This document shows positions 18,487 to 28,233 of a stretch of 64,000 nucleotides of DNA, one piece after another. Each line of letters starts with the position of its first letter. The first letter of the stretch is position 1. The notes below the pieces were generated by a model. It searched no databases. It saw nothing but the letters and a program-made list of their open reading frames with translations, and had not been told where the DNA came from. The DNA is from Edaphobacter sp. (GTDB lineage Bacteria > Acidobacteriota > Terriglobia > Terriglobales > Acidobacteriaceae): assembly GCA_965277265.1 (NCBI GenBank), contig CBDICF010000002.1, forward strand, positions 274,449 through 338,448, given 5' to 3'. Made by a program: the position numbers and the translations under genes.

Positions 18487-19050
18487 CTACTGCCCGGCAA
18501 CGCTGGAGGGGAAGATGCGTATGTCCTCCAGGTTGCGGTAGCGCTCGGCGTAGTCCATCCCGTATCCCACGACGAACTGATTCGGTATGGGGAAGCCCAC
18601 ATAGTCCGCATCGATCGGTACCAGGCGGCGTTCGGGCTTGTCGAGACAGGTGGCGATCTTCAGCGAGGCCGGCTTGTGCTGCAGCATCATGTCGCGCAGG
18701 TAGCTCAGCGTAAGTCCAGTGTCCAGAATGTCTTCCACCATAATCACATGCTGGCCTTCGATGGGATTATCGATATCCTTGATGAGCTTCACGGCCCCGG
18801 ACGATACCCGGGCGCGGCCGTAGCTGGAGACAGAAACGAAGTCGAAGGTGGCATCGACGGTGATCGAGCGGGCCAGGTCGGAGAGGAAGATCGCCGCGCC
18901 TTTCAGCACCCCGATCAGGATGATGCTCCGGCCTTCGTAGTCGGCCGAGATCTGCCGGCCAATGGCCCTGACCCTTGCGGCGAGCTGGTCTCTGGAGAGA
19001 AGAATGTCCATGGATGAGGCAGGTGGAAAGGCAGGCGTGCTGGTCGGCAT
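18487..19050 (-). CDS. hpt: Hypoxanthine phosphoribosyltransferase
   Basis: GVLKGA, VSSYG, VEDILDTGLTL PRPP motif, FVVGYGMDY. Confidence 0.95.
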   Translation of the reverse strand: MPTSTPAFPPASSMDILLSRDQLAARVRAIGRQISADYEGRSIILIGVLKGAAIFLSDLARSITVDATFDFVSVSSYGRARVSSGAVKLIKDIDNPIEGQHVIMVEDILDTGLTLSYLRDMMLQHKPASLKIATCLDKPERRLVPIDADYVGFPIPNQFVVGYGMDYAERYRNLEDIRIFPSSVAGQ

Positions 19051-19130
19051 AGGGGATAGCGTAGCGCGTATGGGCCCGCAGGGAAAGGCCGTACGTACTT
19101 CGTCGCCTATACTTTAAGGGAGCGAGGCGT

Positions 19131-19982
19131 ATGTTTCCCTATATTGATATCGGCCCGGTGCATCTGGGTACGTTCGGGTTGTTGTTGTGGCTGGCGGCGG
19201 TGGCGGCGACGGTGGTGCTGCACAGGAACTTTGTCAGGAATGGCGTGGATGCGGACGCCTTGAGCGTGGTGGCGCTGGTGGTCATAGCCGGGGTATTGGG
19301 CGCGAAGACGTGGCACGAGTTGCAGAATGTCCCGGATCTTAAGGTGGCGATGCGCGAGATTGGCGCGCCGGGATGGAAGCATCCGCTGGATGTGGCAGTC
19401 AGCTTTCTGCACTGGTTTCAGGCGGGATTTGCGTGGTTTGGCGGAATGCTGGCCGGCATTGCAATGCTGATGTGGCAGGGCAGTCTCGCGAGGGTGGATG
19501 GGCTGCGGGGCTGGCTGGCCTCGGTGCGGATGCTGGACCTCGCTGCACCGGCGGCAGCGGTAGGGTACGGTGTCGGGCGTATCGGGTGTTTGACCTCAGG
19601 CGACGGAGACTACGGGATCAACACGACCCTGCCGTGGGGTGTTCACATGGCGAAGAATGCGCTGGTGCCCCCGAATCCTCCGAACGCTTTGGTGCAGCCT
19701 ACGCCGGTATATGAACTGCTGTTTGCGTTGGCATTGGGCTGGCTGCTGTGGCGTCTTGGACGGAAGGCGAGGCCGATCGGCTGGTTGACCGGGCTGTATC
19801 TTGCCCTGAGCGGATTGGGGCGTTTCCTGGTGGAGTTTGTGCGGGTCAATCCGCGGCTCTACTGGGGAATGAGCAATGCTCAGGTGGCGGCGCTGGGTTC
19901 GATTGTGGTGGGGTTGGCCGTGATGGCGTTGACGTGGCGGGGGCGGATGGTTGCTGCGCCGCTACTTGAACTGAACCCCTAG
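19131..19982 (+). CDS. lgt: Prolipoprotein diacylglyceryl transferase
   Basis: Multi-TM; GFAWFGG, GRIGCLTSGDGDYG, PTPVYE, RFLVEFVR. Confidence 0.9.
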   Translation: MFPYIDIGPVHLGTFGLLLWLAAVAATVVLHRNFVRNGVDADALSVVALVVIAGVLGAKTWHELQNVPDLKVAMREIGAPGWKHPLDVAVSFLHWFQAGFAWFGGMLAGIAMLMWQGSLARVDGLRGWLASVRMLDLAAPAAAVGYGVGRIGCLTSGDGDYGINTTLPWGVHMAKNALVPPNPPNALVQPTPVYELLFALALGWLLWRLGRKARPIGWLTGLYLALSGLGRFLVEFVRVNPRLYWGMSNAQVAALGSIVVGLAVMALTWRGRMVAAPLLELNP

Positions 19983-19992
19983 CGGGCGCCGA

Positions 19993-20835
19993 TCAAAGAC
20001 GCTTCAGGTAAGCCTTGGCAGCGTCGAGCTCGGGGAAGAGCCGCTCTTCGGCCTGGAACTCGCGGGAGTGGACGCAGCGCCGGCCGGCTTTGACCCGGAC
20101 AGGATGCTTCAGATGGAGCATCTCGTGATAGAGCAGGTATTCGATGGCACACCGAGGCGTGTCCGGCCGATCGAAGACTCGGCTGACGACAATGGTGTTG
20201 TGGGCGGCGTCGTAGTGGCCTAACATGCGGCGGGCGTGGTGGGCGGACCAGGTAAGAGTCGGGCGGCCGAGCAGACCGTGGAAGAAGCGCGTGTTGAGGC
20301 ATTCGAAGACTTCGTCCAGATCATAGTGGTGCCCCTGGGGGTGCAGGAGGCGCTTGCGGCCGCGTGTCTGGCGGATGTGTTCGGCCTGTTTGGAGACGGC
20401 CTCCGAGGAGACGTGGCGGCGGTAACGGTCGGAGTGCGCCGCCGCGATGGGCTTCTTGTAGAGCTTGGCCAGGAGAATATGAGCAATGGCCCGGTGCACG
20501 GTCTCGGGGGCGGACTCCAGCAGGTCGGAGAGGCGGACGTGGAGGCGGCCTTCGCGGAGCCGAATGGTTGTGTTGAGCGAGGTGAAACGGCGGAAGCGGA
20601 TGTCGAGAGGAGGAATAGGCGCGCGCGGGCGCAGCTCTCGGTACTGCTCTTCGAAGATGGTGATGAGTGAGGCCGGGGCGGCGGCTTTCGGTGCGCGAGG
20701 TTTGCGCGGCACGACTGGGAAGGATGGAAGTGCCGGAGGCGTAAGGATGAGCGGAGGCTGCGGGGATGGAGGGGGCGAGAAGAGCTGCAGGAACTGGCGC
20801 AGGGGCGAGCCTTCGGAATGCTTGGGTGTGCTCAG
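19993..20835 (-). CDS. SprT/YgjP-like zinc metalloprotease-domain protein
   Basis: LYHEMLH (HExxH), LGHYD, HSREF. Start uncertain; CTG 20835 with AAGGA chosen. Confidence 0.7.
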   Translation of the reverse strand: MSTPKHSEGSPLRQFLQLFSPPPSPQPPLILTPPALPSFPVVPRKPRAPKAAAPASLITIFEEQYRELRPRAPIPPLDIRFRRFTSLNTTIRLREGRLHVRLSDLLESAPETVHRAIAHILLAKLYKKPIAAAHSDRYRRHVSSEAVSKQAEHIRQTRGRKRLLHPQGHHYDLDEVFECLNTRFFHGLLGRPTLTWSAHHARRMLGHYDAAHNTIVVSRVFDRPDTPRCAIEYLLYHEMLHLKHPVRVKAGRRCVHSREFQAEERLFPELDAAKAYLKRL

Positions 20836-20923
20836 GGCAGGTTCCTTGATGCAAGGTTTCGACTTCGGTTGTGTCCGTACACCGATCGATTTTATAAGAA
20901 CCGCGACCTGGAAGGACCTGCAG

Positions 20924-21976
20924 TCATTTCTTCCGAGCCGCCTTCTCCAGCCGGTCCCGCATCGCCGCCCCGATGCCGCCCATCTCCGGCACGGGACATA
21001 CAATCACGCTCGCTCCGCGTTCATCCAGATCCCTCAATCCCGCGAACAGCCTTCGTGCCAGCGTCTCCCCATCCTCCCACCGACCCCACCGATACACCAG
21101 CGGAGCATCCGAAGCCTCCCAGCCATCCGGAAGCATGACCCCTATCTTTCCACCCGGTTCCGATACGTTATCGATTGCCGCGATCCATTCGTGCCGCGGG
21201 CCTCCCGAGAGTTTTCGCACCAGCACCAGACGCGCTCGCGGCGCATAGTGCCGAATCCCCACCCCAGGCGAAGGCAGGCTCTGCGGCGTCTGCTCTGCCG
21301 CCGAAGCCTCCGGCCGAAATGTCTTCACCATGCCGGCCCCGCACACCTCCTCCAGCATCTCCAGCGTCACGCCTCCATGCCGGTAAACCATCCACCCCAC
21401 GCCATCCGGCGAAGCTCCCAGCACGGTCGACTCCACCCCCACCGTCGTAGCTCCTCCATCCAGCACCGCATCGATCCGTCCATCCAGATCGCCGAGCACG
21501 TGCGCCGCCGTGGTCGGACTCGTCCTGCCGAAACGATTCGCACTGGGCGCCGCCACCGGCACGCCGGCCGTGCGGATCAACTCCAACGCCATCGGATGAC
21601 CCGGCATGCGGACCCCCACCAGTGGCCGGCCAGCCGTCACGGCATCCGGCACCACCGGCGTTCGGGGCAACAGGAGCGTCAGCGGACCCGGCCAGAAAAC
21701 CTGCATCAGCGCCTCGACCTCGAGTTCACCTTCAGCAGGAATTTCAGCCACCCGACGCAACATCTCTCGATCGCTGACATGCACGATCAGCGGGTCCCAC
21801 TCCGGTCTGTCCTTCGCAGCGAAGATCTTTGCAACCGCTGCCCCGTTCAGCGCGTCCGCGCCCAGCCCGTAGACCGTCTCCGTCGCAAACGCAACCGTCC
21901 CGCCGGCCCGTAGCAGCTCCGCCGCCCGTGCCACCCCCGCCGCCCCTGCCAGATGTTCCGTTTTTCCACCGAACAT
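20924..21976 (-). CDS. sua5: L-threonylcarbamoyladenylate synthase, Sua5 type
   Basis: ETVYGLGADA, KDRPEWDPLIVH, FWPGPLT, AAPSANRFG, GVESTV, HYAP plus a Sua5 C-terminal domain. Confidence 0.92.
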   Translation of the reverse strand: MFGGKTEHLAGAAGVARAAELLRAGGTVAFATETVYGLGADALNGAAVAKIFAAKDRPEWDPLIVHVSDREMLRRVAEIPAEGELEVEALMQVFWPGPLTLLLPRTPVVPDAVTAGRPLVGVRMPGHPMALELIRTAGVPVAAPSANRFGRTSPTTAAHVLGDLDGRIDAVLDGGATTVGVESTVLGASPDGVGWMVYRHGGVTLEMLEEVCGAGMVKTFRPEASAAEQTPQSLPSPGVGIRHYAPRARLVLVRKLSGGPRHEWIAAIDNVSEPGGKIGVMLPDGWEASDAPLVYRWGRWEDGETLARRLFAGLRDLDERGASVIVCPVPEMGGIGAAMRDRLEKAARKK

Positions 21977-22025
21977 CCTTTCATCCTAACCGCCGCGTGA
22001 ACCCTGCCGGACGTATACTCCAGCC

Positions 22026-22643
22026 ATGCAGAGCGCCGAGATAGAGCTCAAATTCCCCGTCTCCGATCCACACGCTCTCCAAACCCGCCTGCCCCATCTG
22101 GGCTTCCGCCTCGACACCCCCCGTACCTTCGAGCACAACACCCTCTACGACACTCCAGCCCGCGACCTCCGCGCCCAGCGCCAGATCCTCCGCATCCGCC
22201 AGTACGGCAGCCTCTGCACCCTCACCCACAAGCGCCAGCCCGATCAGCAGAGCCCCGTCGATACCACCCGCTACAAGATCCGCATCGAGACCGAGACCAC
22301 GGTCGCCGACTGCGCCGCCCTCGCGGAGATCTTCCACCAGCTCGGCTACACCCCCGCCTTCGTCTACGAAAAGTACCGCTCGGAGTGGTCCTACGCCCTC
22401 GCGCCGAACTCCCCAGCCGTTGCCCATCTCGTCATCGACGAAACGCCTATCGGCACCTACGCCGAACTGGAGGGCCCCACCGCCTGGATCGACCAGACCC
22501 TTGCCGAACTCGACATCGACACTGCTACGTGTCTCACCGACAGCTACGGTAAGCTCTTTCTGGACTGGAAGCAGCGCACCGCCAGCCCGGCTGAAAACCT
22601 CACCTTCGCGGAGATCAGCCCCGTCCTTCTCACCACCCGATAA
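22026..22643 (+). CDS. CYTH-domain (class IV adenylate cyclase-like) protein
   Basis: EIELKF (ExExK), YEKYR, IDETPIGTYAELEG. Confidence 0.85.
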   Translation: MQSAEIELKFPVSDPHALQTRLPHLGFRLDTPRTFEHNTLYDTPARDLRAQRQILRIRQYGSLCTLTHKRQPDQQSPVDTTRYKIRIETETTVADCAALAEIFHQLGYTPAFVYEKYRSEWSYALAPNSPAVAHLVIDETPIGTYAELEGPTAWIDQTLAELDIDTATCLTDSYGKLFLDWKQRTASPAENLTFAEISPVLLTTR

Positions 22644-22733
22644 TCTCGCTCTTTATCGCTGCAGAATTCGGTCTGTCGTCCCTAAAGCCTGCCCCGTCTC
22701 AGCCGATACAACCTCTATCTCTGGAGGTTTATC

Positions 22734-23066
22734 TTGGCCCACCTGACTCGCACTTCGTATCGCCTTTTAGCTCTTGCGGCCGTTGCCCTCACCGCAGCGC
22801 CAGCCTTCGCGGGCAACGCCCAGCGTACCGTCATCAGCCGCGTCGCGCCCGCCTACCCGGACCTCGCCCGCCGGATGCATGTGGGCGGCAAGGTCGTCCT
22901 GATGGTCACCATCCAGGCCGACGGCACGGTCTCTTCCACCAAGGTGGAGTCCGGTCACGCCCTGCTCACCGCCGCCGCCGAGGATGCCGTCCGCAAGTGG
23001 CACTTCGCTCCGGGCAGTGAAACCTCCGAATCAGAAGTCGAAGTCAACTTCAACCTTGGGCAGTAG
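22734..23066 (+). CDS. Small secreted TonB C-terminal domain protein
   Basis: Signal peptide, then PAYPDLARR..GKVVL.V.I.ADG.V..AEDAVRKWHF TonB_C pattern; GGAGG SD before TTG. Confidence 0.8.
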   Translation: MAHLTRTSYRLLALAAVALTAAPAFAGNAQRTVISRVAPAYPDLARRMHVGGKVVLMVTIQADGTVSSTKVESGHALLTAAAEDAVRKWHFAPGSETSESEVEVNFNLGQ

Positions 23067-23130
23067 GAGAAACCTTGAGGGAAATGCGAGCCAGGTCAAG
23101 CTGATCGAGCAACCAACCGAGCAAGCGGGC

Positions 23131-23244
23131 ACCCCATGTCCCGGGACTCAACCCCCGTTCCCGAGGACATGGGGGTCAACCCCGCCGCATCCCTCAAACC
23201 AGGAACAAAACCGGTCGAGCTTCGAAGCAATCGAAAGACCGGTT
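23131..23244. repeat. Two nested inverted repeats (REP-like or bidirectional terminator) between convergent tonB genes
   Basis: CCCCATGTCC (23132-41)/GGACATGGGG (23165-74) plus CGGGA/TCCCG; AACCGGTC (23209-16)/GACCGGTT (23237-44) enclosing the palindrome GCTTCGAAGC. Confidence 0.45.
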
Positions 23245-23293
23245 CCTGATCGGTGCTATGTTTCTGATCGGTGGTAAGCCTTCGCCGGACTTA

Positions 23294-24370
23294 TCAAAAG
23301 ATCTGGAAGTTCACCTCAACATTCAACTCAACCAGCACCGGCTTGCCGTTCTCCATCGCCGGCTTGAACCTGTACTGCTTCACGGCTTCGACAGCTTTCT
23401 CATCGAGCCCCATGCCTACCCCGCGAATCACATGCACATGTGTAGGCAAACCATTGGTCCCCACCCACAGATTCACCAGCACATTGCCTGCAACCTTTGC
23501 CTTACGGGCCTCTTCCGAGAACTCCGGCTCGACCGAATAGATCAACTGCGGCTGGGAGACGCCGCCGCCAATCCGCCTCGGCCCGCCACCCGTATTGCCA
23601 CCCGAACCCGGCCCGAGCCCCGATCCATTCCCAGAACCCAGTCCAGTGCCGCTACCGTTGCCCATCGACATTCCCACGATCGGTGAATTCGCCACGCCGA
23701 TCTGCGGAATGCTGCTCGCCATCTTTACATCCGGCTGAACCTCGAGCGTCGGATTGATCTTGATTTTGGGCTCAACCAGCGGCGGGGCCTTAGGCGGAAC
23801 GATCTGATGCTCCACAAACTTGGGGGGCGTCCCTTTGGTCACCGGCGTAGGCCCGCGCTGTCCACCGCCTCCGCCCATGGCCGTAGCCTTGGGAGGAGCC
23901 GGCGGCGGCGCCGTAAGCTCCGTCACTGCGACGGTCTTCGTAGGCGCCGCGAACTTCACTTTTTTCGCGATCAGGAATGCGATGAGCAGAATCACCAGGC
24001 CATGCAGAACCACCGCAACCGCCGTCGAGGTCGGGTCCCGCTTCACCTTCATCCGGTCGACGACCGCAACCGGTTTGGACTCCAGCACCAGCGGGGGCAG
24101 CTTCACGGGGAAGAAGACATCCCGCACACTGCTCCACAGCGAGGCAAACACGCCCTCTTCTTCGATGATCAGATCGTTAGCCACAGGCTTCGACTCAAGC
24201 TGCAGCGGCGCTTCCTTTGATTTGCTGAACGCATCCCGCAGATTCGAGAAGAGAGAGGTCCACATCGACCCATCCGTCTCCTCATTCAAGCGCGGCGCCT
24301 CCGCCGGACGCAAGGCTGAATCCGGTCTGCCTGGGTCGATCTCTGGTGGGGTCAACAATGTATTAGCCAT
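23294..24370 (-). CDS. tonB: TonB family energy transducer
   Basis: TM helix with AVVLHGLVIL, Pro/Gly-rich linker, C-terminal PEFSEEARKAKVAGNV..GMGLDEKAVEAVKQYRFKPA. Confidence 0.88.
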   Translation of the reverse strand: MANTLLTPPEIDPGRPDSALRPAEAPRLNEETDGSMWTSLFSNLRDAFSKSKEAPLQLESKPVANDLIIEEEGVFASLWSSVRDVFFPVKLPPLVLESKPVAVVDRMKVKRDPTSTAVAVVLHGLVILLIAFLIAKKVKFAAPTKTVAVTELTAPPPAPPKATAMGGGGGQRGPTPVTKGTPPKFVEHQIVPPKAPPLVEPKIKINPTLEVQPDVKMASSIPQIGVANSPIVGMSMGNGSGTGLGSGNGSGLGPGSGGNTGGGPRRIGGGVSQPQLIYSVEPEFSEEARKAKVAGNVLVNLWVGTNGLPTHVHVIRGVGMGLDEKAVEAVKQYRFKPAMENGKPVLVELNVEVNFQIF

Positions 24371-24639
24371 AGGATGATTCGCCTCGGGGGAACGCTTGCC
24401 CATATCGATGCTTCGCGCGCTCGTCTACCCTCAATCTATGCAACGTCTCCGGTCTTCTGCCGGATTCTTCGTGCTGCCTCGGCGCCCAATTCGAGCTTTC
24501 AGCCATTCTACAAACATTCACCTTGACGTGCTTGTCCAGTTGGACGCACTTCACCATATGAATGTCTCATCCGCATCCGTTTCGTCACTGCTCAGCCCGT
24601 CTACAATAGAGGTTTGGCGCAAACCGCGCTTCTGCCATC

Positions 24640-27600
24640 TTGAACCACGAGGAACGAATGCCGGAAGCAACTCCATCGAAGCACGATTCCAAGCCGCTCA
24701 AATCGACACTTAATTTGCCCATTGGCGGCCAGGACAACGCCGCGGGGGCAGCGCCGAAGCCGCTTAAGTCCACACTTAATCTGCCCCAGACTTCCTTCCC
24801 GATGAAGGCCAATCTGCCGCAGAACGAGCCAGCCCGCCTTGAAACGTGGCAGCAGCAGGACTTGTACGGCCAGATTCGCGCTGCCCGGGCCGGTGCGCCA
24901 AAGTACATTCTCCACGACGGCCCACCCTACGCCAACGGCGCCATCCACCTCGGCCACGCCCTCAACAAGTGCATCAAGGACTTCGTCGTCAAGACCAAAA
25001 CCATGGCCGGCTTCGACGCGCCCTATGTTCCCGGCTGGGACTGCCATGGCCTCCCGATCGAGATCAAGGTAGACGAGCAGTTAGGCCGCAAGAAGCTCGA
25101 GATGGCTCCCATCGCCGTCCGCCGCGCCTGCCGCGAGTACGCGCAGAAGTACGTCGATCTCCAGCGCAGCCAGTTCGAGCGCATCGGGGTCTTCGGCCGC
25201 TGGAACGACCCGTATCTCACGATGTCCTTGAGGTACGAGGCGAGCATAGTAGAAACCTTCTACGATTTCTTCGAAAAAGGCTTCGTCTACAAGGGCCTGA
25301 AGCCCGTCTACTGGTGCATCCACGACCGGACAGCCCTCGCCGAAGCGGAAGTCGAGTACGAGCAGCACACTTCGCCCAGCGTCTACATCCGCTACGCCCT
25401 CACCAGCGACCCCGCGACGATCCACCCCGCGCTTGCCGGACGCGAGGTTTACACCATCATATGGACCACCACCCCCTGGACCATCCCCGCCTCGCAGGCC
25501 GTAGCCTTCAACCCTGCTATGGAGTACGTAGCCATCGCCTGCAACGGAGGCACCTACATCGTCGCTCAGGCGCTCATGTCCTCAGTCATCGCACACTGCC
25601 ACTTGATGAGTGCGAAAAATCCCGCTGAGCCCGCCTCTCAGTCCGATATCATCTCGGTCTTCACCGGCAATCACCTGGAACACGCCACCTTCCAGCACCC
25701 ATTTCTAGACCGAAGCATCCTCGGCGTCCTCGCCGACTACGTCACCGCCGACCAGGGTACCGGAGCCGTCCACACCGCCCCGGCTCACGGCGTCGACGAC
25801 TTCTACACCGGCAAACGCTACGACTTGCCCGAGATCCAGTACGTCGACAACGCCGGACGCCAGCGCAACAGCGAAGGCCTGCCTTACGCCGACCTTACTG
25901 TCTTCAAGTCCAACGCTCCCATTACAGAACTCCTCCGCGAACAAGGCGCACTCCTCAGCGCCACTACCTTCGAGCACTCCTACCCGCACTGCTGGCGCTG
26001 CCACAACCCCGTCATCGTTCGCGCCACCGAGCAGTGGTTCATCGGCATGGAAACTCCGATGCTCACCGGACAAGGCGCCGAAACCACCTTCCGCCAGCGC
26101 GCCCTCGACGCCATCCAGCAGGTGAAGTGGGACCCCGCCTGGGGCGAAGAGCGCATCTCCAACATGATCTCCACCCGTCCCGACTGGTGCATCTCCCGCC
26201 AGCGCATCTGGGGCGTCCCCATTGCCGTCTTCCTCTGCGAGCAATGCGGCGAGCCCCTCAACGATAAGGCCGTGAATAAGAGCGTCGTCGAACTCTTCAG
26301 AAAAGAAGGCGCCGACGCCTGGTACATCCACGAAGCAGCCGAGCTGCTGCCCACAGACACCACCTGCGCAAGCTGCGGCCACAAAGAGTTCCGCAAGGAG
26401 ATGGACATCCTCGACGTCTGGTTCGAGTCCGGCGCAAGCTGGCACGCCGTCCTCGAACCCGAGCACAACTACCCCGCCGACCTCTACACCGAAGGCGGCG
26501 ACCAGCATCGCGGCTGGTTCCACTCGTCTTTATTGACGTCCGTGGCAGTGCGCGGTGAAGCTCCCTACAAGATGGTCGCGACCTCCGGCTGGACCCTCGA
26601 CGAACAAGGCCGCGCCTTCTCGAAATCCCTCGGCAACGGCGTCGATCCCGTCGACATCGCCAAACGCCTCGGCGGCGAGATCATCCGCCTCTGGGTCGCC
26701 TCGGTCGACTTCCGCGAAGATGTAGCCGCCAGCGAAAATCTCATGCAGCGCGTCAGCGACAACTACCGCAAGCTGCGCAACACGCTGAAGTTTCTCCTCG
26801 GCAACCTCTACGATTTTGACCCTTCCATCAATGCCCAGCGGGATTTTGCGAAGCTCGAACCATTAGACCAGTACATCCTCGTCCGCCTCACCGAACTGGA
26901 CAGGAAAATCCGCGCCGCTTACGATTCTTTCGAATTCCACCGCGCCTATCACGCGCTCAATGAATTCGTGAACACCGACCTTAGCGCGCTGTACCTCGAC
27001 GTCCTCAAAGACCGCCTCTACACCTTCGCCCCCAACCACCCCGGCCGCCGCAGCGCCCAGACCGCTCTCTGGCACATCGCCGAAGCCCTCACCCGTCTCA
27101 TCGCCCCCATTCTCAGCTTCACCGCTGACGAGGTATGGGCGTTGCTGCCGAGGGTAGAAGGTCGTGAATCGAGCGTCCACCTTACAGTTTTTCCAAACCT
27201 TGACGGCCTGGTTCCCAGCAGCAGCCAGCAACTCGAACAAGACTGGGATCAACTCCTCACTCTCCGCGACGAGGTCCTCAAGGTTCTCGAAGAGGCTCGA
27301 ACCGCCAAGACCATCAGCAACAAACCCTCCGAGACCCGGATCGTCTTCGGCTGGCTCAACCCAATCTCCGAGCAGCCGAACCCAGTCTTCGACCGCTACA
27401 AAACCATCCTCCCTGAACTTTTCGGCGTAGCCCAGGTTGAAATCCTCGACGCCCTCGTGACCGAAGGCCAGGTCGCCAAGGGAGCGTTCTACGTTCAGGC
27501 CAAACCCGCCGCCGGGTCGAAGTGCGAGCGCTGCTGGCGCTTCACCACCGACGTAGGTGACGAAGGCAACTATCCCACCGTCTGCCTTCGCTGCGCTGAA

Positions 27601-27669
27601 GCCCTTGCCGCAATCGACTTTCCTCCTTACACCGTGCCGACCAGCACACCTGCGGAGCCGTCAGCCTGA
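24640..27669 (+). CDS. ileS: Isoleucyl-tRNA synthetase (type 1)
   Basis: HDGPPYANG, HLGH, PGWDCHGLPIE, WTTTPWT, GTGAVHTAP, WCISRQR, DQHRGWF, AFSKS, C-terminal CERC..CLRC. Start at 24640 or 24658. Confidence 0.98.
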   Translation: MNHEERMPEATPSKHDSKPLKSTLNLPIGGQDNAAGAAPKPLKSTLNLPQTSFPMKANLPQNEPARLETWQQQDLYGQIRAARAGAPKYILHDGPPYANGAIHLGHALNKCIKDFVVKTKTMAGFDAPYVPGWDCHGLPIEIKVDEQLGRKKLEMAPIAVRRACREYAQKYVDLQRSQFERIGVFGRWNDPYLTMSLRYEASIVETFYDFFEKGFVYKGLKPVYWCIHDRTALAEAEVEYEQHTSPSVYIRYALTSDPATIHPALAGREVYTIIWTTTPWTIPASQAVAFNPAMEYVAIACNGGTYIVAQALMSSVIAHCHLMSAKNPAEPASQSDIISVFTGNHLEHATFQHPFLDRSILGVLADYVTADQGTGAVHTAPAHGVDDFYTGKRYDLPEIQYVDNAGRQRNSEGLPYADLTVFKSNAPITELLREQGALLSATTFEHSYPHCWRCHNPVIVRATEQWFIGMETPMLTGQGAETTFRQRALDAIQQVKWDPAWGEERISNMISTRPDWCISRQRIWGVPIAVFLCEQCGEPLNDKAVNKSVVELFRKEGADAWYIHEAAELLPTDTTCASCGHKEFRKEMDILDVWFESGASWHAVLEPEHNYPADLYTEGGDQHRGWFHSSLLTSVAVRGEAPYKMVATSGWTLDEQGRAFSKSLGNGVDPVDIAKRLGGEIIRLWVASVDFREDVAASENLMQRVSDNYRKLRNTLKFLLGNLYDFDPSINAQRDFAKLEPLDQYILVRLTELDRKIRAAYDSFEFHRAYHALNEFVNTDLSALYLDVLKDRLYTFAPNHPGRRSAQTALWHIAEALTRLIAPILSFTADEVWALLPRVEGRESSVHLTVFPNLDGLVPSSSQQLEQDWDQLLTLRDEVLKVLEEARTAKTISNKPSETRIVFGWLNPISEQPNPVFDRYKTILPELFGVAQVEILDALVTEGQVAKGAFYVQAKPAAGSKCERCWRFTTDVGDEGNYPTVCLRCAEALAAIDFPPYTVPTSTPAEPSA

Positions 27670-28220
27670 TGTCTTCGAACTACGAAACTTCCCACGAAAC
27701 CTTACCTCCGGCGACGAGCCCAGCGGCACGAGACCGCCGTCCCCTTCTGCTCGCCATCTCCGCCGCCGTGGTCCTCTTCGACCGCATCACTAAACGCATC
27801 GTCGTCCGCCAACTTCCAAACGGCCAGGCCCATACCGTCATTCCCGGCATCTTCCGCATCACCGACGTCCACAACACCGGCGCGGCCTTCAGCATGTTCG
27901 CCGAGACCGCCTCTCCCGTTACCGTCCGCAACATCCTTATCGGATTTTCGATAGCCGCCGTCCTCATCCTGCTGGCTTTTCTCTGGCGAACCGGCCGCGC
28001 TATCACCGTCAGCTCCGTTGCCCTCGCCCTCATCCTCGGCGGAGCCTTCGGCAATCTCTTCGACCGCATCCGCTACCACTTCGTCGTCGACTTCCTCGAA
28101 GTCCACATCTACCACTACCACTGGCCCGACTTCAACGTAGCCGATAGCTGTATCGTCATTGGGGCCTGCCTCCTCATGATCGAAATCTTCCGACCGCAAC
28201 CGTCCGCTCATAGCTCATAG
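27669..28220 (+). CDS. lspA: Signal peptidase II
   Basis: FDRITK, NTGAAFS, GGAFGNLFDR, VVDFL, FNVADS; classical ileS-lspA order. Confidence 0.95.
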   Translation: MSSNYETSHETLPPATSPAARDRRPLLLAISAAVVLFDRITKRIVVRQLPNGQAHTVIPGIFRITDVHNTGAAFSMFAETASPVTVRNILIGFSIAAVLILLAFLWRTGRAITVSSVALALILGGAFGNLFDRIRYHFVVDFLEVHIYHYHWPDFNVADSCIVIGACLLMIEIFRPQPSAHSS

Positions 28221-28233
28221 TTCATACCTGCCA

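Noticed and set aside
24404-24640. T-box riboswitch upstream of ileS
   Set aside because: No T-box sequence (AAGGTGGTACC-like), specifier loop or terminator visible.
28206-28226. GCTCATA x3 tandem 7-mer at the lspA-uvrA junction
   Set aside because: Short, partly coding and degenerate; no evident function.
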